A DNA stretch of 64,000 nt from an uncultured Candidatus Saccharibacteria bacterium. Its GTDB lineage: Bacteria; Patescibacteriota; Minisyncoccia; Minisyncoccales; UBA10102. A program made the position numbers and the translations under genes. Below, piece after piece: positions 1-10,447 of the stretch (positions within the stretch are counted from its first letter, which is position 1; every line of letters starts with the position of its first letter). The stretch lies in assembly GCA_964479725.1 (NCBI GenBank), contig CAYZNF010000002.1, forward strand, positions 1,383-65,382, written 5' to 3'. Under the pieces are notes generated by a model. The model was not told the origin of the DNA. It saw nothing but the letters and a program-made list of their open reading frames with translations, and searched no databases.

Positions 1-1
1 G

Positions 2-364
2 CATAAGAGCAAGACTCCGGCGTTAAGTTTTGGTTTTAATACTAAAAAAAATCAACCCGTTGTATATCCAGCTCCTTTCAAGCGCGGCGTTTGCATCCAG
101 GTAAAAACCATTACCCCTAAAAAGCCCAACTCCGCTTTGCGTAAAGTTGCAAGGGTGCGATTGAGCAATGGCATGGAAACGACGGCGTACATACCAGGAG
201 AAGGCCATAATCTGCAAGAACACTCGGTAGTGGTAATCCGAGGGGGAAGAGTCAAAGACCTGCCTGGCGTGCGTTACCACATTGTCCGCGGAGTGCTTGA
301 CGCGTCGGGAGTGGAGGGTCGCAAGCAAGAGAGGTCAAAATACGGAGTTAAGAAAGCAAAGTAA
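2..364 (+). CDS. rpsL: 30S ribosomal protein S12 (5' partial, runs off window start)
   Basis: Frame-2 translation from the window edge gives ...[59 protein letters not shown]..., the S12 C-terminal core. ORF 137..364 is its last 75 aa. Confidence 0.9.
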   Translation, partial: HKSKTPALSFGFNTKKNQPVVYPAPFKRGVCIQVKTITPKKPNSALRKVARVRLSNGMETTAYIPGEGHNLQEHSVVVIRGGRVKDLPGVRYHIVRGVLDASGVEGRKQERSKYGVKKAK

Positions 365-375
365 ACAATATAATT

Positions 376-843
376 ATGGGCAGAAGCGCGGTTAAAAAAT
401 TAGCAACACAGCCTGACGGTATTTACAATAAATTCGAGGTTGCCAAGCTAATTAACCAGATCATGAAGGAAGGCAGGAAAAATGCCGCTCGTAAGATAGT
501 GTACGGAGCTTTCGGCATCATCCAAAAGCAGACCAGCGAAGATCCCGTTGCTGTTTTTGAGCGTGCTCTGGAGAATGTCGGTCCTATGGTGGAAGTACGT
601 TCAAAGCGCGTGGGCGGAGCCACTTACCAGGTGCCAGTTGAAGTAAAAGCGGCTCGCCGGCTGGGTTTGTCTTTGCGATGGATCATTTCGGCGGCTGGAT
701 CGAAAAAAGGAAAGCCGATGCGGGAAAAATTGGCAGATGAAATTATTTTGGCAGCAAAGAAAGAAGGGAGCGCCGTTAAGAAAAAGGAGGACACTCACCG
801 CATGGCCGAGGCCAACCGTGCGTTTGCTCACTTTGCCTGGTAA
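376..843 (+). CDS. rpsG: 30S ribosomal protein S7
   Basis: 155 aa; MGRSAVKK...[15 protein letters not shown]...[19 protein letters not shown] matches the S7 family; follows rpsL as in the str operon. Confidence 0.95.
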   Translation: MGRSAVKKLATQPDGIYNKFEVAKLINQIMKEGRKNAARKIVYGAFGIIQKQTSEDPVAVFERALENVGPMVEVRSKRVGGATYQVPVEVKAARRLGLSLRWIISAAGSKKGKPMREKLADEIILAAKKEGSAVKKKEDTHRMAEANRAFAHFAW

Positions 844-851
844 TCTTTATT

Positions 852-2957
852 ATGCCTCGAATTTATCCCATCGAACGTCTTCGCGATATAGGCATTATTG
901 CCCACATTGACGCCGGAAAAACAACTACTTCCGAGCGGATTTTGTTTTATACGGGTATTTCCCACAAGATTGGAGAGGTGCACGAAGGGCAGGCAATCAT
1001 GGACTGGATGGAGCAGGAGCGAGAACGCGGGATTACCATTACTTCTGCCGCTACTACCTGTTTTTGGACACCATCCAGACTTCCAAAAGACGAGGAAAAC
1101 GAATATCGAATCAACCTTATTGATACTCCCGGGCATATTGATTTTACCGTGGAAGTGCAAAGATCTCTGCGCGTGCTAGACGGAGCTGTTGTTGTGTTCG
1201 ATGGAGTTGCCGGCGTTGAACCGCAATCGGAAACAGTTTGGCGCCAGGCAGATAAGTTTGGCGTGCCGCGTATTTGTTTTATAAATAAGATTGACCGCAC
1301 CGGAGCTTCTTTTGAAAAAGGATTGGAATCTATTTGGAATAAACTGACTCCTAATGCCGTTGCAATGCAATACCCATGGGGCCAGGAAGACCAATTCAAG
1401 GGGGTGGTGGATTTGCTGACAATGGAATTGGTGACTTTTGAAGGAGATTTCGGCCAGATCGTTAAACGGCAGGAAATTCCCCAGGAACTGCAGGCAAAGG
1501 CAAAAGAGTGGAGGGATAAGTTGGTAGAGAAGGTTGTTGCTGAAGATGAAGCGGCAATGAATACTTACCTTGAGGAAAAAGAGGTTTCTGTAGAGGAATT
1601 AAGGAAAATTCTGCGCAAAGCGTGTTTAGCCGGAAAGCTTGTTCCGGTATTTACCGGATCCGCTTTGAAAAATAAAGGAGTCCAGCTTGTTTTGGATGGG
1701 GTAGTGGATTATCTGCCCAGCCCGATTGATATTCCTCCGGTAACGGGGGTTGACCCGAAAAGCGGGGCTGAAATCCAGCGCAAAGCTTCGGATTCAGAGC
1801 CTTTTTCCGCTCTTGCGTTCAAAATTGCCTCCGATCCTTATGTAGGATCGCTGACATACTTTAGGATATATTCGGGAGCCGTTAAAAAAGGTTCATACGT
1901 TTTGAATGTTACTACGGGAGAAAGAGAGCGTATAAGCCGTTTGTTGCGCATGCACGCCGCCGAACGCGAAGAAGTGGACGAGCTGTACACGGGAGACATC
2001 GGGGCTACAGTCGGTTTGAAAAAAACCACAACCGGAAATACGCTTTGCGATGAGTCAGCTCCTATTATCCTTGAGCAAATTACATTCCCGGAGCCGGTTA
2101 TCTCTGTGCGTATTGAACCAAAGACTAAAGTTGACCAGGAAAAAATGAGTTTGGCGTTAAAACGTCTTACCGACGAAGACCCGACATTCCGCGTGAACTC
2201 CGACATTGAAACGGGGGAGACGATTATTTCCGGTATGGGAGAATTGCACCTGGAGATTATTGTAGACCGAATGAAGCGTGAATTTGGCGTAGAGGCAAAC
2301 GTCGGCCGCCCGCAGGTAGCTTACAAAGAAACAATCAAGCGGGAAGCTGAAGCTGAATCAAAATATGTGCGCCAGTCCGGCGGACGCGGACAGTACGGGC
2401 ACGTATATTTGCGTGTAAAGCCCCGAGAGCGAGGCGCCGGATTTGAATTTCTTGATGAAATCAAAGGGGGTGTTATTCCTCGGGAATATGTGCCGGCGGT
2501 GCAAAAAGGAGTGCAAGAGGCTTTAGATAAGGGAGTTCTGGCGGGGTATCCCGTCATTGATGTTCAGGCCACGGTTTTTGATGGTTCGTACCATGAAGTG
2601 GATTCGTCTGAATTTGCATTCAAAATTGCCGCTTCCATGGCTTTTCAGGATGCCGCAAGAAAGGCGGGTATTTATCTGCTGGAGCCGGTAATGCGCTTGG
2701 AGGTAACCGTACCTGCGGATTTCTTGGGTGACGTAATAGGAGATCTTTCGGCACGTCGAGGCAAGATCGAAGAAACCGAAGATCGTCTCAATATGAAAAT
2801 TATCCGCGCCAAGGTGCCTTTGTCTGAAATGTTCGGCTATGCGACAAATTTACGGTCGTTGACAGAAGGCCGCGGAACCTTTACAATGGAATTCGACGCT
2901 TACGAAGAAGTGCCTTCTAGTATTGCCCAGGAAATCGTTGAGGGAAAACGCAAATAA
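852..2957 (+). CDS. fusA: Elongation factor G
   Basis: 701 aa; G-domain motifs [22 protein letters not shown]; EF-G domains III-V; str operon position. Confidence 0.97.
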   Translation: MPRIYPIERLRDIGIIAHIDAGKTTTSERILFYTGISHKIGEVHEGQAIMDWMEQERERGITITSAATTCFWTPSRLPKDEENEYRINLIDTPGHIDFTVEVQRSLRVLDGAVVVFDGVAGVEPQSETVWRQADKFGVPRICFINKIDRTGASFEKGLESIWNKLTPNAVAMQYPWGQEDQFKGVVDLLTMELVTFEGDFGQIVKRQEIPQELQAKAKEWRDKLVEKVVAEDEAAMNTYLEEKEVSVEELRKILRKACLAGKLVPVFTGSALKNKGVQLVLDGVVDYLPSPIDIPPVTGVDPKSGAEIQRKASDSEPFSALAFKIASDPYVGSLTYFRIYSGAVKKGSYVLNVTTGERERISRLLRMHAAEREEVDELYTGDIGATVGLKKTTTGNTLCDESAPIILEQITFPEPVISVRIEPKTKVDQEKMSLALKRLTDEDPTFRVNSDIETGETIISGMGELHLEIIVDRMKREFGVEANVGRPQVAYKETIKREAEAESKYVRQSGGRGQYGHVYLRVKPRERGAGFEFLDEIKGGVIPREYVPAVQKGVQEALDKGVLAGYPVIDVQATVFDGSYHEVDSSEFAFKIAASMAFQDAARKAGIYLLEPVMRLEVTVPADFLGDVIGDLSARRGKIEETEDRLNMKIIRAKVPLSEMFGYATNLRSLTEGRGTFTMEFDAYEEVPSSIAQEIVEGKRK

Positions 2958-2969
2958 ACCTTACCCGCT

Positions 2970-3200
2970 ATGGATATCAACGAAATCAAACAATTGATTC
3001 AGAAGGATGGGGGCAAGTTCATTGTAATAGAGAATGATATTCCGTTGCTGGTAATTATGTCATTCGATGAATATAAGAAAAAAATCAACATGGTTGCCCA
3101 GCAGTCAAATCCGCAATACCCTGCAACTTCTCCGCCTGGGAACGTTACTGAGAGGCCGAGGAGAACAGAAGAGTTGACAATCGACGATCTTCCCTTGTAG
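2970..3200 (+). CDS. Hypothetical small protein (76 aa) between fusA and tuf; weak Phd/YefM-antitoxin-like N-terminal pattern
   Basis: ORF fills the fusA-tuf gap exactly; N-terminus KFIVIENDIPLLVIMSFDEYKK resembles the hydrophobic-then-EY motif of Phd/YefM antitoxins; C-terminal half is low complexity; no obvious RBS. Confidence 0.35.
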   Translation: MDINEIKQLIQKDGGKFIVIENDIPLLVIMSFDEYKKKINMVAQQSNPQYPATSPPGNVTERPRRTEELTIDDLPL

Positions 3201-3240
3201 TTTAATAAATAATAGTCATACAAAATAAATTTTACGATAT

Positions 3241-4434
3241 ATGGCAGGAAAATTTGAACGAACGAAGCCTCATGTCAACGTTGGTACAATTGGCCACGTA
3301 GACCACGGCAAAACAACTCTTTCCGCCGCCATCCTTCATGTTTTGAAACTGAAAGGAATGGCAGTGACGGAAAAAACTATTGACCAGATTGACGCGGCCC
3401 CCGAGGAAAAGGCGCGCGGAATTACCATTTCGCTTGCTCATTTGGAGTACGAAACCGAAAAAAGGCACTATGCCCACATTGATGCTCCCGGGCACGCTGA
3501 CTATATTAAAAACATGATTACGGGTGCTGCCCAAATGGACGGCGCCATCTTGGTTGTATCCGCTCCAGACGGTCCAATGCCCCAAACAAGGGAGCATATC
3601 CTTTTGGCGCGCCAAGTAGGACTTCCTTCTATTGTTGTATTTTTGAACAAGTGCGATATGGTGGATGAGCCTGAAATGATCGACTTGGTTGAGTCGGAGG
3701 TTCGTGAATTGCTGAAGAAATACAATTATCCGGGAGATCAAACACCGGTCATCCGAGGATCTGCTTTGAAGGCCCTGGAAGCTACTTCGGCTGATGATCC
3801 TGCTGTAAAGCAAGTCTTGGATCTTATGAACGCTGTGGATGAATTTATCCCGCAGCCAGAGCGCCCGGTTGATCAGCCGTTCTTGATGTCTATTGAAGAC
3901 GTATTTACGATTGAAGGCCGCGGCACCGTGGTAACTGGAAGAGTTGAGCGCGGAATAATCAAGCAGAATGATGACGGAGAGCTTGTGGGAATCAGACCCA
4001 CCCAAAAGGTGGTTATAGTGAGCGCGGAAATGTTCAACAAGACTCTTGATGAAGCTCGCGCAGGAGAAAACGTAGGAGTATTGCTGCGCGGGTTAAAGAA
4101 AGAAGACGTTGAGCGCGGACAGGTTTTGGCAAAGCCAGGAACCGTTACTCCGCATACCGAATTCCAGACAGAAGTGTATATTCTTACCAAAGAAGAAGGC
4201 GGACGCCATACTCCTTTCTTTAGCGGGTATAAACCCCAGTTTTACTTCCGAACCACTGACGTAACAGGCGAGGTTACTTTACCCGAAGGCACAGAAATGG
4301 TTATGCCGGGCGATACGATTAGCGTAAAGGTGAAATTGCATGTGCCGGTAGCCATGGAAGAGCAGCAGCGCTTTGCCATACGCGAAGGAGGAAAGACGGT
4401 GGGAGCAGGAGTGGTAACCAAAATTATTCAATAA
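3241..4434 (+). CDS. tuf: Elongation factor Tu
   Basis: 397 aa; [22 protein letters not shown] motifs; full EF-Tu length. Confidence 0.97.
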   Translation: MAGKFERTKPHVNVGTIGHVDHGKTTLSAAILHVLKLKGMAVTEKTIDQIDAAPEEKARGITISLAHLEYETEKRHYAHIDAPGHADYIKNMITGAAQMDGAILVVSAPDGPMPQTREHILLARQVGLPSIVVFLNKCDMVDEPEMIDLVESEVRELLKKYNYPGDQTPVIRGSALKALEATSADDPAVKQVLDLMNAVDEFIPQPERPVDQPFLMSIEDVFTIEGRGTVVTGRVERGIIKQNDDGELVGIRPTQKVVIVSAEMFNKTLDEARAGENVGVLLRGLKKEDVERGQVLAKPGTVTPHTEFQTEVYILTKEEGGRHTPFFSGYKPQFYFRTTDVTGEVTLPEGTEMVMPGDTISVKVKLHVPVAMEEQQRFAIREGGKTVGAGVVTKIIQ

Positions 4435-4448
4435 AAAGAGAGGAACGA

Positions 4449-4769
4449 ATGGACGCAGCATTATCGCAACAAAAAGTGAGGATCAAGATTTCGGCCTATG
4501 ACCACAAGGTGATTGATTCGAGTGCGCGGCAAATCATTGACGCGGTCATTCGGCAGGGATGTGAAGCGATAGGGCCAATTCCTTTGCCTACGGCTATTCG
4601 GAAATATACGGTTAATCGCTCTTCATTTGTGCATAAGGATGCACGGGAGCAGTTTGAGATGCGTACGCACAAGCGCGTTATTGACATCATGAATCCCACC
4701 CCAAAAGTTATTGAGGCGTTATCCAGTTTGAATTTGCCGGCGGGTGTGGATATTGAGATTAAGATGTAG
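4449..4769 (+). CDS. rpsJ: 30S ribosomal protein S10
   Basis: 106 aa; IRIKLKAYDH-like KVRIKISAYDHKVID...HKDAREQFEMRTHKR signature. Confidence 0.95.
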   Translation: MDAALSQQKVRIKISAYDHKVIDSSARQIIDAVIRQGCEAIGPIPLPTAIRKYTVNRSSFVHKDAREQFEMRTHKRVIDIMNPTPKVIEALSSLNLPAGVDIEIKM

Positions 4770-4795
4770 AGTATAAGCAAGGTTGGGCAAAGAGG

Positions 4796-4824
4796 TTGAC
4801 GCGGGAGTACTTTTGGTTTACAAT
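4796..4824 (+). promoter_or_regulatory. Sigma70-like promoter TTGACG-17-TACAAT in the rpsJ-rplC spacer
   Basis: ttgacg (4796-4801), 17-nt spacer, tacaat (4819-4824) read directly in the 130-bp gap. Confidence 0.5.
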
Positions 4825-4853
4825 TAAGACACACAAAAAGGCATCGGCAGGAG

Positions 4854-4880
4854 ACCGAGCTCGGCTCGGTTTTCGTTTGT
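4854..4880 (+). terminator. Leader hairpin plus U-tract (candidate attenuator) upstream of rplC
   Basis: ACCGAGC-tcg-GCTCGGT perfect 7-bp stem followed by tttcgtttgt; overlapping self-palindrome CCGAGCTCGG allows alternative folding; lies between the promoter and the rplC ATG. Confidence 0.4.
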
Positions 4881-4898
4881 AAAGGGCTAAAATCTTTT

Positions 4899-5504
4899 AT
4901 GAAAGCAGTTTTGGGCAGAAAAATTGGAATGACCCAGATTTTCCAAGAAGCGGATGGAAAGGTGGTACCGGTAACCCTCATTGAAGCAGGGCCTTGTAAA
5001 GTTTTGCAGGTGAAAACCCTTGAAAAAGACGGCTATCAGGCAGTCCAGCTTGGATTTGAGTCCATTACTAAAGAAAACAAGAAACAAAAATCTGCCAACG
5101 GAAAAGAATTTAAGGTCTTGGGGGAATTTAGGTCCGAGGGATCACAAGTTCTTCCAAACCCCCAGGATTCTGTTGATGTAACGGTTTTTGCGGAAGGAGA
5201 TAAGGTGCGCGTTTCCGGCATTTCCAAGGGAAAGGGTTTCCAGGGGGGCGTAAAGCGGCATGGTTTTTCGGGCAGGAATGCCACTCATGGCGTAAAACAC
5301 GAGCAGCGCACAATCGGTTCTACCGGAAGCCGTTTTCCCCAGCACGTGGTGAAGGGGCGAAGGATGCCTGGCCGTATGGGAGCGGAGCGTATTACTATGA
5401 AAGGTTTGAAGGTGGTAAAAGTGGACGCGGAACATAATATCCTTGCGTTGAAGGGCGCTGTGCCCGGGAATAACGGAATAATTCTTGAAATCCAAGGAAT
5501 GTAA
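4899..5504 (+). CDS. rplC: 50S ribosomal protein L3
   Basis: 201 aa; MKAVLGRKIGMTQIF... start and FQGGVKRHGFSG signature of L3. Confidence 0.95.
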   Translation: MKAVLGRKIGMTQIFQEADGKVVPVTLIEAGPCKVLQVKTLEKDGYQAVQLGFESITKENKKQKSANGKEFKVLGEFRSEGSQVLPNPQDSVDVTVFAEGDKVRVSGISKGKGFQGGVKRHGFSGRNATHGVKHEQRTIGSTGSRFPQHVVKGRRMPGRMGAERITMKGLKVVKVDAEHNILALKGAVPGNNGIILEIQGM

Positions 5505-5510
5505 TCAACT

Positions 5511-6152
5511 ATGAAGCTTCCCGTATATACAACCGAAGGAGCAAAAAAAGAGGAGCTGGAAGTTTCAGAGACTGTGTTTAATGTTCCCTTGAACCATGAT
5601 TTGGTGCACCAAGCTGTAACCTATTACCGTTCGAACGCAAGGCAGGTTTCGGCGCACACCAAAACGCGAGGAGAAGTTGCCGGCGGAGGAAAAAAACCTT
5701 GGGCCCAAAAGCATACAGGACGCGCTCGCCATGGTTCGATTCGTTCTCCTTTGTGGATTGGGGGAGGTGTTACATTCGGGCCTCGAAATGAGCGGGTTTT
5801 CGCTAAAGACATCAACAAAAAAATGCGCAGAAAAGCTCTGGCGGCGGCGCTTTCCCAAAAAGCCAAAGAAAATTTGGTTATTGTTACCGAAGATTTTAAC
5901 CTGGGAGCGGCAAAGACCAAGGAGTTAAAGAAAATCATGGAAAAACTCCCATGCGAGTCAAAGAGCAGTTTAGTCGCGCTTCCTGCTATGGACAAGGCGG
6001 TAATTGCGGCTGGGAGGAATCTGGAGAACGTGCAGACCATACAGGCTCGCGACCTGAACGCCCTGGAAGTCTTATCTTTTAAATATTTGATTTTGCCAAA
6101 AACAGCGGTAAAAGTTTTGGAAGAAATGTTCGTGAAAAGCAAGAAATCTTAA
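5511..6152 (+). CDS. rplD: 50S ribosomal protein L4
   Basis: 213 aa; KPWAQKHTGRARHGS...GGGVTFGP motif; S10 operon order. Confidence 0.93.
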   Translation: MKLPVYTTEGAKKEELEVSETVFNVPLNHDLVHQAVTYYRSNARQVSAHTKTRGEVAGGGKKPWAQKHTGRARHGSIRSPLWIGGGVTFGPRNERVFAKDINKKMRRKALAAALSQKAKENLVIVTEDFNLGAAKTKELKKIMEKLPCESKSSLVALPAMDKAVIAAGRNLENVQTIQARDLNALEVLSFKYLILPKTAVKVLEEMFVKSKKS

Positions 6153-6161
6153 ATCCGGCGT

Positions 6162-6530
6162 ATGGCAACAATAAGAAAAATTTTCAAAAAAAAACCGGCC
6201 GAGCCAAAGAAAAAAACCGCGGCTAAAAAGGAGGCAAGCGAAAAGAATTCAATTTCATTTAGTGTGCTTTCGCGGCCTCACATCACCGAAAAAGCGGTAG
6301 CGTTAAGCCATTCCAACCAATACGTATTTGAAGTAGCGGACAATGCTACAAAAGGATCGGTCTGTCAGGCAGTAGAAAGCCTCTACTCTGTGAATGTGCT
6401 GGGCGTGAGAATAATCAATGTGCATCCTCGCAAAGCCCGGCTTGGACGGATTCTAGGAATGAAAAAGGGGTATAAAAAAGCCATTGTCACTTTGAAGCAA
6501 GGGCAAAAACTGGAATTATTGCCCACATAA
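6162..6530 (+). CDS. rplW: 50S ribosomal protein L23 (with K-rich N-terminal extension)
   Basis: 122 aa; HITEKAVALSHSNQYVFEV core of L23; position between rplD and rplB. Confidence 0.88.
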   Translation: MATIRKIFKKKPAEPKKKTAAKKEASEKNSISFSVLSRPHITEKAVALSHSNQYVFEVADNATKGSVCQAVESLYSVNVLGVRIINVHPRKARLGRILGMKKGYKKAIVTLKQGQKLELLPT

Positions 6531-6539
6531 TAACTGTAT

Positions 6540-7319
6540 ATGGCAACACAGCTTTCAAAAAAAGAACCGGAAAAAAATTTGCTGCTATGGATAAAGAAAA
6601 CCGGAGGGAGAAATTCAACCGGCAAGATAACCGTAAGGCATCGCGGAGGAGGGTACAGGAAAATGTACCGTATGGTTGAATTTGGGCAGGAACACAAAGG
6701 AATTCCCGGAACGGTTGCCGCCCTTGAGTATGATCCAAACAGGACTTCTCATATTGCTTTGGTTGACTATAAAAACGGCACCAAAGCTTATATTTTAGCG
6801 CCGGAAGGACTAAAAGCAGGGGAGGAAATCTTGTGCGACGATAAGACGGAAATAAAAATCGGCAATCGCTTGATGTTAAAGCATGTTTCGGTCGGAACTG
6901 TGGTGCACAACGTAGAATTGGAGGCTGGACGCGGAGGGAAAATTGTCCGCGGGGCCGGGGCCGGGGCGACAGTATTGGCCCAAGAGGGGAATTATACCCA
7001 CCTTCAGCTTCCTTCGAGTGAGATCCGAAAAGTTTTTGATGTTTGCTTTGCCACTATCGGAGCAGTATCTAATCCCGAACATATGTATAAGCGCGTTCGT
7101 AACGCCGGAAGAATGCGGCTTATGGGTTGGAGGCCCACTGTCCGTGGTACTGTCATGAACCCGGTAGATCATCCCCATGGAGGAGGCGAAGGAAGGCAGG
7201 GAATTGGCTTGGTTCATCCTAAAACTCCTTGGGGCAAACCGGCTCTTGGAGTAAAGACCCGCGGCAAGAAATGGAGCGATAAATATATTCTTGAGAGAAG
7301 AAAGAAAAAGAAAAAATAG
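6540..7319 (+). CDS. rplB: 50S ribosomal protein L2
   Basis: 259 aa; GGGYRKMYR, MNPVDHPHGGGEGR signature. Confidence 0.95.
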   Translation: MATQLSKKEPEKNLLLWIKKTGGRNSTGKITVRHRGGGYRKMYRMVEFGQEHKGIPGTVAALEYDPNRTSHIALVDYKNGTKAYILAPEGLKAGEEILCDDKTEIKIGNRLMLKHVSVGTVVHNVELEAGRGGKIVRGAGAGATVLAQEGNYTHLQLPSSEIRKVFDVCFATIGAVSNPEHMYKRVRNAGRMRLMGWRPTVRGTVMNPVDHPHGGGEGRQGIGLVHPKTPWGKPALGVKTRGKKWSDKYILERRKKKKK

Positions 7320-7339
7320 GGATTCGAAGCATTAACTGT

Positions 7340-7681
7340 ATGGCACGATCACTGAAAAAAGGCCCATATATTGACGAGAGATTGGCTGGAAAGATAAAAA
7401 AGCTTCGCCCTGGCGAAAACGCGGTTATTAAAACTTGGGCGCGGAACGCGACCATCACTCCGGAAATGGTGAGCTTTACTTTTGGGGTTCACAACGGGAA
7501 AGATTTTATTTCGGTTTTGATTGCGGAAGATATGGTCGGCCATAAGCTCGGAGAATTTTCTCCGACCACTAAGTTTTCCCGCCATGGAGGAAAAATGCAG
7601 AAAGAAATAGAACTTGGCAAAAAAACGGCTGAAAGTACACCAGCTCCAGCAGCTGCGGCGCCAGCAGTAAAAAAGAAGTAA
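7340..7681 (+). CDS. rpsS: 30S ribosomal protein S19 (Ala/Lys-rich C-terminal tail)
   Basis: 113 aa; MARSLKKGPYID...GHKLGEFSPT signature. Confidence 0.93.
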   Translation: MARSLKKGPYIDERLAGKIKKLRPGENAVIKTWARNATITPEMVSFTFGVHNGKDFISVLIAEDMVGHKLGEFSPTTKFSRHGGKMQKEIELGKKTAESTPAPAAAAPAVKKK

Positions 7682-7684
7682 TGT

Positions 7685-8215
7685 ATGAAAGCAACAGCTA
7701 AACTTCGATATTTAAGGATAGCTCCCCGGAAAGTCCGCCATGTGGCAGATATTATTCGAGGAAAACAAGTTCCGCAAGCGGAGACCCTGTTGAGATTTGC
7801 CGTTCGCAAAGCTGCAGATCCCATACTGAAAACATTGCGATCTGCGGTGGCTTCGGCTCGAGTGAACCATGGCATAGATGAGACGAATTTATATATTTCA
7901 AAGATTACCGTTGACGAAGGGCCAAAGCTAAAGAGAATTGAGCCTCGAGCGAGGGGAGCTGCCTATCCTATACAGAAAAAGAGTTCTCATATCACAATCG
8001 AGCTCGAAGAAGTCATTCCTGGAAAGGGAGCGGCAATTAAAATGGAACCAGTAATCAAGGAAAAAGCTGAAACGCAGGAGACCGAAGCAAAATCAGGCGC
8101 ACAGGAAAATGACGAAAAGCGCGAATATTCCCCACGGCGCGGCGCCGCAAAACAACGCCAATCCGCTAAGAAAGGGCGAGGCATACAAAAAATATTTAGA
8201 AGAAAGGCTGTCTAA
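7685..8215 (+). CDS. rplV: 50S ribosomal protein L22 (about 65-aa charged C-terminal extension)
   Basis: 176 aa; ATAKLRYLRIAPRKVRHVADIIRGK... core of L22; long K/R/E-rich tail. Confidence 0.9.
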   Translation: MKATAKLRYLRIAPRKVRHVADIIRGKQVPQAETLLRFAVRKAADPILKTLRSAVASARVNHGIDETNLYISKITVDEGPKLKRIEPRARGAAYPIQKKSSHITIELEEVIPGKGAAIKMEPVIKEKAETQETEAKSGAQENDEKREYSPRRGAAKQRQSAKKGRGIQKIFRRKAV

Positions 8216-8224
8216 CCCATTGCT

Positions 8225-8875
8225 ATGGCTCATAAAGTACATCCAAAAGGTTTCAGGCTGCGCTATACCGAAGACTGGAGTTCGCGTTGGATAGACAAGC
8301 GCAACTACGTCAAGACGCTTCGCGAAGATTTTCTCATACGCAATTATTTGGAAAAGAAGCTGAAAGACAGTTCTGTTGAACAGATTGAAATTGAGCGATT
8401 TTCCGGCCGCCTTACTATTATTATCAGTTCGGCGCGCCCAGGCTTGATTATCGGTCGCGGGGGAGCGGGTGTGGAAGAGTTGCGCAAGGGCATAGCTAAA
8501 ATCTTGGTTTCCCAAAACAAAGAAAAAAAACCGGAGGTTCGTTTGGAAATCCGCGAGGTAAAGAATCCTTGGGAATCTGCGGCTCTTACGGCGCAGTGGG
8601 TTGGCCAGCAATTGGAAAAGCGTATGCCTCATCGCCGAGTTATTAAGCAAACCATTGCGAAGGTAATGGCAAATAAGGGTATCAAGGGTATCAAGATAAT
8701 CGCTTCTGGCAGGCTTGGGGGCGCCGAGATTGCACGCACAGAAGGAGGAAAGGAAGGAAGGCTTCCTCTCCAAACGTTAAGATCCAATATTGATTTTGCG
8801 ATTCATGAAGCCCAAACCACCTACGGAACCATTGGCATAAAAGTATGGCTGTATAAGGGAGAGAAATTTGAATAG
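8225..8875 (+). CDS. rpsC: 30S ribosomal protein S3
   Basis: 216 aa; KH domain and GRGGAGVEELR / IAKIL motifs of S3. Confidence 0.94.
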   Translation: MAHKVHPKGFRLRYTEDWSSRWIDKRNYVKTLREDFLIRNYLEKKLKDSSVEQIEIERFSGRLTIIISSARPGLIIGRGGAGVEELRKGIAKILVSQNKEKKPEVRLEIREVKNPWESAALTAQWVGQQLEKRMPHRRVIKQTIAKVMANKGIKGIKIIASGRLGGAEIARTEGGKEGRLPLQTLRSNIDFAIHEAQTTYGTIGIKVWLYKGEKFE

Positions 8876-8886
8876 TATTAACGCAT

Positions 8887-9294
8887 ATGCTTCAGCCCAA
8901 AAAAGTAAAACATCGAAAATGGATGAAGGGACGCTCCCAAGCAGTTATGGAAACGAGGGGAACGGAACTTGCCTTTGGAAGTTACGGATTAAAGGCAACA
9001 GGAACAAAATGGATTCCATCCAAGCAACTTGAGGCTGGGCGAAGAGCGATTATCCGCTACTTAAAAAAAGGAGGAAAGACATGGGTGAGAGTATTTCCCG
9101 ACAAACCTGTTACCCAAAAAGGCGCGGAAGTGCCTATGGGCGGCGGCAAGGGCGCCCCAGACCATTATGTGGTCGCCGTAAAGCCGGGCAGAATTATTTT
9201 TGAAGTGGAAGGCATTAAAGAAGATATGGCGAGGGAAGCCCTGGCAAAAGCGGGAACAAAGTTGGCAGTAAGGACAAAATTTGTTAAAAGATAA
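8887..9294 (+). CDS. rplP: 50S ribosomal protein L16
   Basis: 135 aa; MLQPKKVKHRK...RMGGGKGAPDHYVAVVKPGRI signature. Confidence 0.95.
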   Translation: MLQPKKVKHRKWMKGRSQAVMETRGTELAFGSYGLKATGTKWIPSKQLEAGRRAIIRYLKKGGKTWVRVFPDKPVTQKGAEVPMGGGKGAPDHYVVAVKPGRIIFEVEGIKEDMAREALAKAGTKLAVRTKFVKR

Positions 9295-9305
9295 CAGGGC
9301 TTCTT

Positions 9306-9518
9306 ATGGATAAGACAAAAACGACAAAACCGGCAGAAGTAAAAAGCATGTCCGAAGCGGAGCTCCAAAAAGAGCTTGCTGAAAAACGGAATAAGCTACG
9401 CGATTTGCGATTTGACTTGGCTTCGGGAAAAGTGAAGAATGTCCGTGAGATACGGGAAATCAAGCATCGTATTGCTCAAATACTTACTAGCCTGCAGCAG
9501 ATAAAATCCAACCAATAG
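9306..9518 (+). CDS. rpmC: 50S ribosomal protein L29
   Basis: 70 aa helical protein in canonical position between rplP and rpsQ; [18 protein letters not shown] pattern. Confidence 0.85.
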   Translation: MDKTKTTKPAEVKSMSEAELQKELAEKRNKLRDLRFDLASGKVKNVREIREIKHRIAQILTSLQQIKSNQ

Positions 9519-9519
9519 T

Positions 9520-9753
9520 ATGCCAAAAAAAACACTGACAGGAATTATAGTTTCCAATAAGATGCAAAAGACGGTTGTCGTGGAAGTGGAGCGTTGGACG
9601 GTTCATCCTAAATATAGGCGTCGTATGAAGATCCATAAGCGATATAAAGCTCACGATGAAAAAAACGAATTTAATCCCGGAGATAAAGTGGAGATAGAAG
9701 AGACGCGGCCAATCTCCAAAGATAAGCGATGGAGGGTAATTAAGAAGATTTAG
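9520..9753 (+). CDS. rpsQ: 30S ribosomal protein S17
   Basis: 77 aa; [29 protein letters not shown]... matches S17 OB-fold signature. Confidence 0.93.
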   Translation: MPKKTLTGIIVSNKMQKTVVVEVERWTVHPKYRRRMKIHKRYKAHDEKNEFNPGDKVEIEETRPISKDKRWRVIKKI

Positions 9754-9761
9754 CGCTTCCC

Positions 9762-10130
9762 ATGATCCAACCAAGAACAATGCTAATAGTGGCAGACAAT
9801 ACAGGAGCAAAGGTTATCCAATGCTTCCATGTATTGGGTGGTACCCGAAAGCGTTACGCGCAAATCGGAGATATTATTGTAGCCGCAGTAAAAGATGCCG
9901 AACCGCGCCGTTTAGTCAAAAAGCACGAGGTGGTGAAAGCGGTTGTTGTCCGGCAAAAACGCGCGTTTAGGCGCGCGGATGGTTCATATATCCGATTTGA
10001 TGAGAATGCCGCTGTTATTTTGGAAAAAGATCAGGAACCCAAGGGAGGGCGTATTTTTGGCCCGATTCCCAGGGAAATACGGGATAAGGGATACGCGAAA
10101 ATTGCAGCTTTGGCTCCTGAAATAGTTTAA
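9762..10130 (+). CDS. rplN: 50S ribosomal protein L14
   Basis: 122 aa; [21 protein letters not shown]...[19 protein letters not shown] matches L14 closely. Confidence 0.96.
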   Translation: MIQPRTMLIVADNTGAKVIQCFHVLGGTRKRYAQIGDIIVAAVKDAEPRRLVKKHEVVKAVVVRQKRAFRRADGSYIRFDENAAVILEKDQEPKGGRIFGPIPREIRDKGYAKIAALAPEIV

Positions 10131-10136
10131 TATGAT

Positions 10137-10442
10137 ATGAAAATCAAAACAGGCGATACGGTATTAATAATAGCCGGGAAGGATAAGGGACGGAAAGGAA
10201 AGGTTCTTCGGGCACTGCCGCAGAAGGGGCGTATTTTGGTTGAAGGCATCAACATCCACAAAAAGCACGCAAAGCCGCGCCGAGGAGGCCAAAAAGGGCA
10301 AATTATGGAAATTCCCGCTTCTATTGCTGTTTCATCGGCAAAAATTGTGTGCGCTAAATGCGGAAAAGCGGCGCGTGTGGGATATAAGCTGGAAGGACCA
10401 AAAAAATATCGGGTCTGCAAAGAATGCAATAGCGAGCTATAA
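10137..10442 (+). CDS. rplX: 50S ribosomal protein L24
   Basis: 101 aa; KIKTGDTVLIIAGKDKGRKGKV KOW motif. Confidence 0.93.
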   Translation: MKIKTGDTVLIIAGKDKGRKGKVLRALPQKGRILVEGINIHKKHAKPRRGGQKGQIMEIPASIAVSSAKIVCAKCGKAARVGYKLEGPKKYRVCKECNSEL

Positions 10443-10447
10443 CAATT

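Noticed and set aside
8093-8773. 226-aa minus-strand ORF antisense to rpsC/rplV, and similar antisense ORFs inside fusA, tuf, secY, gyrB and others
   Set aside because: They fully overlap strongly conserved genes on the opposite strand, have no motifs, and are typical shadow ORFs.
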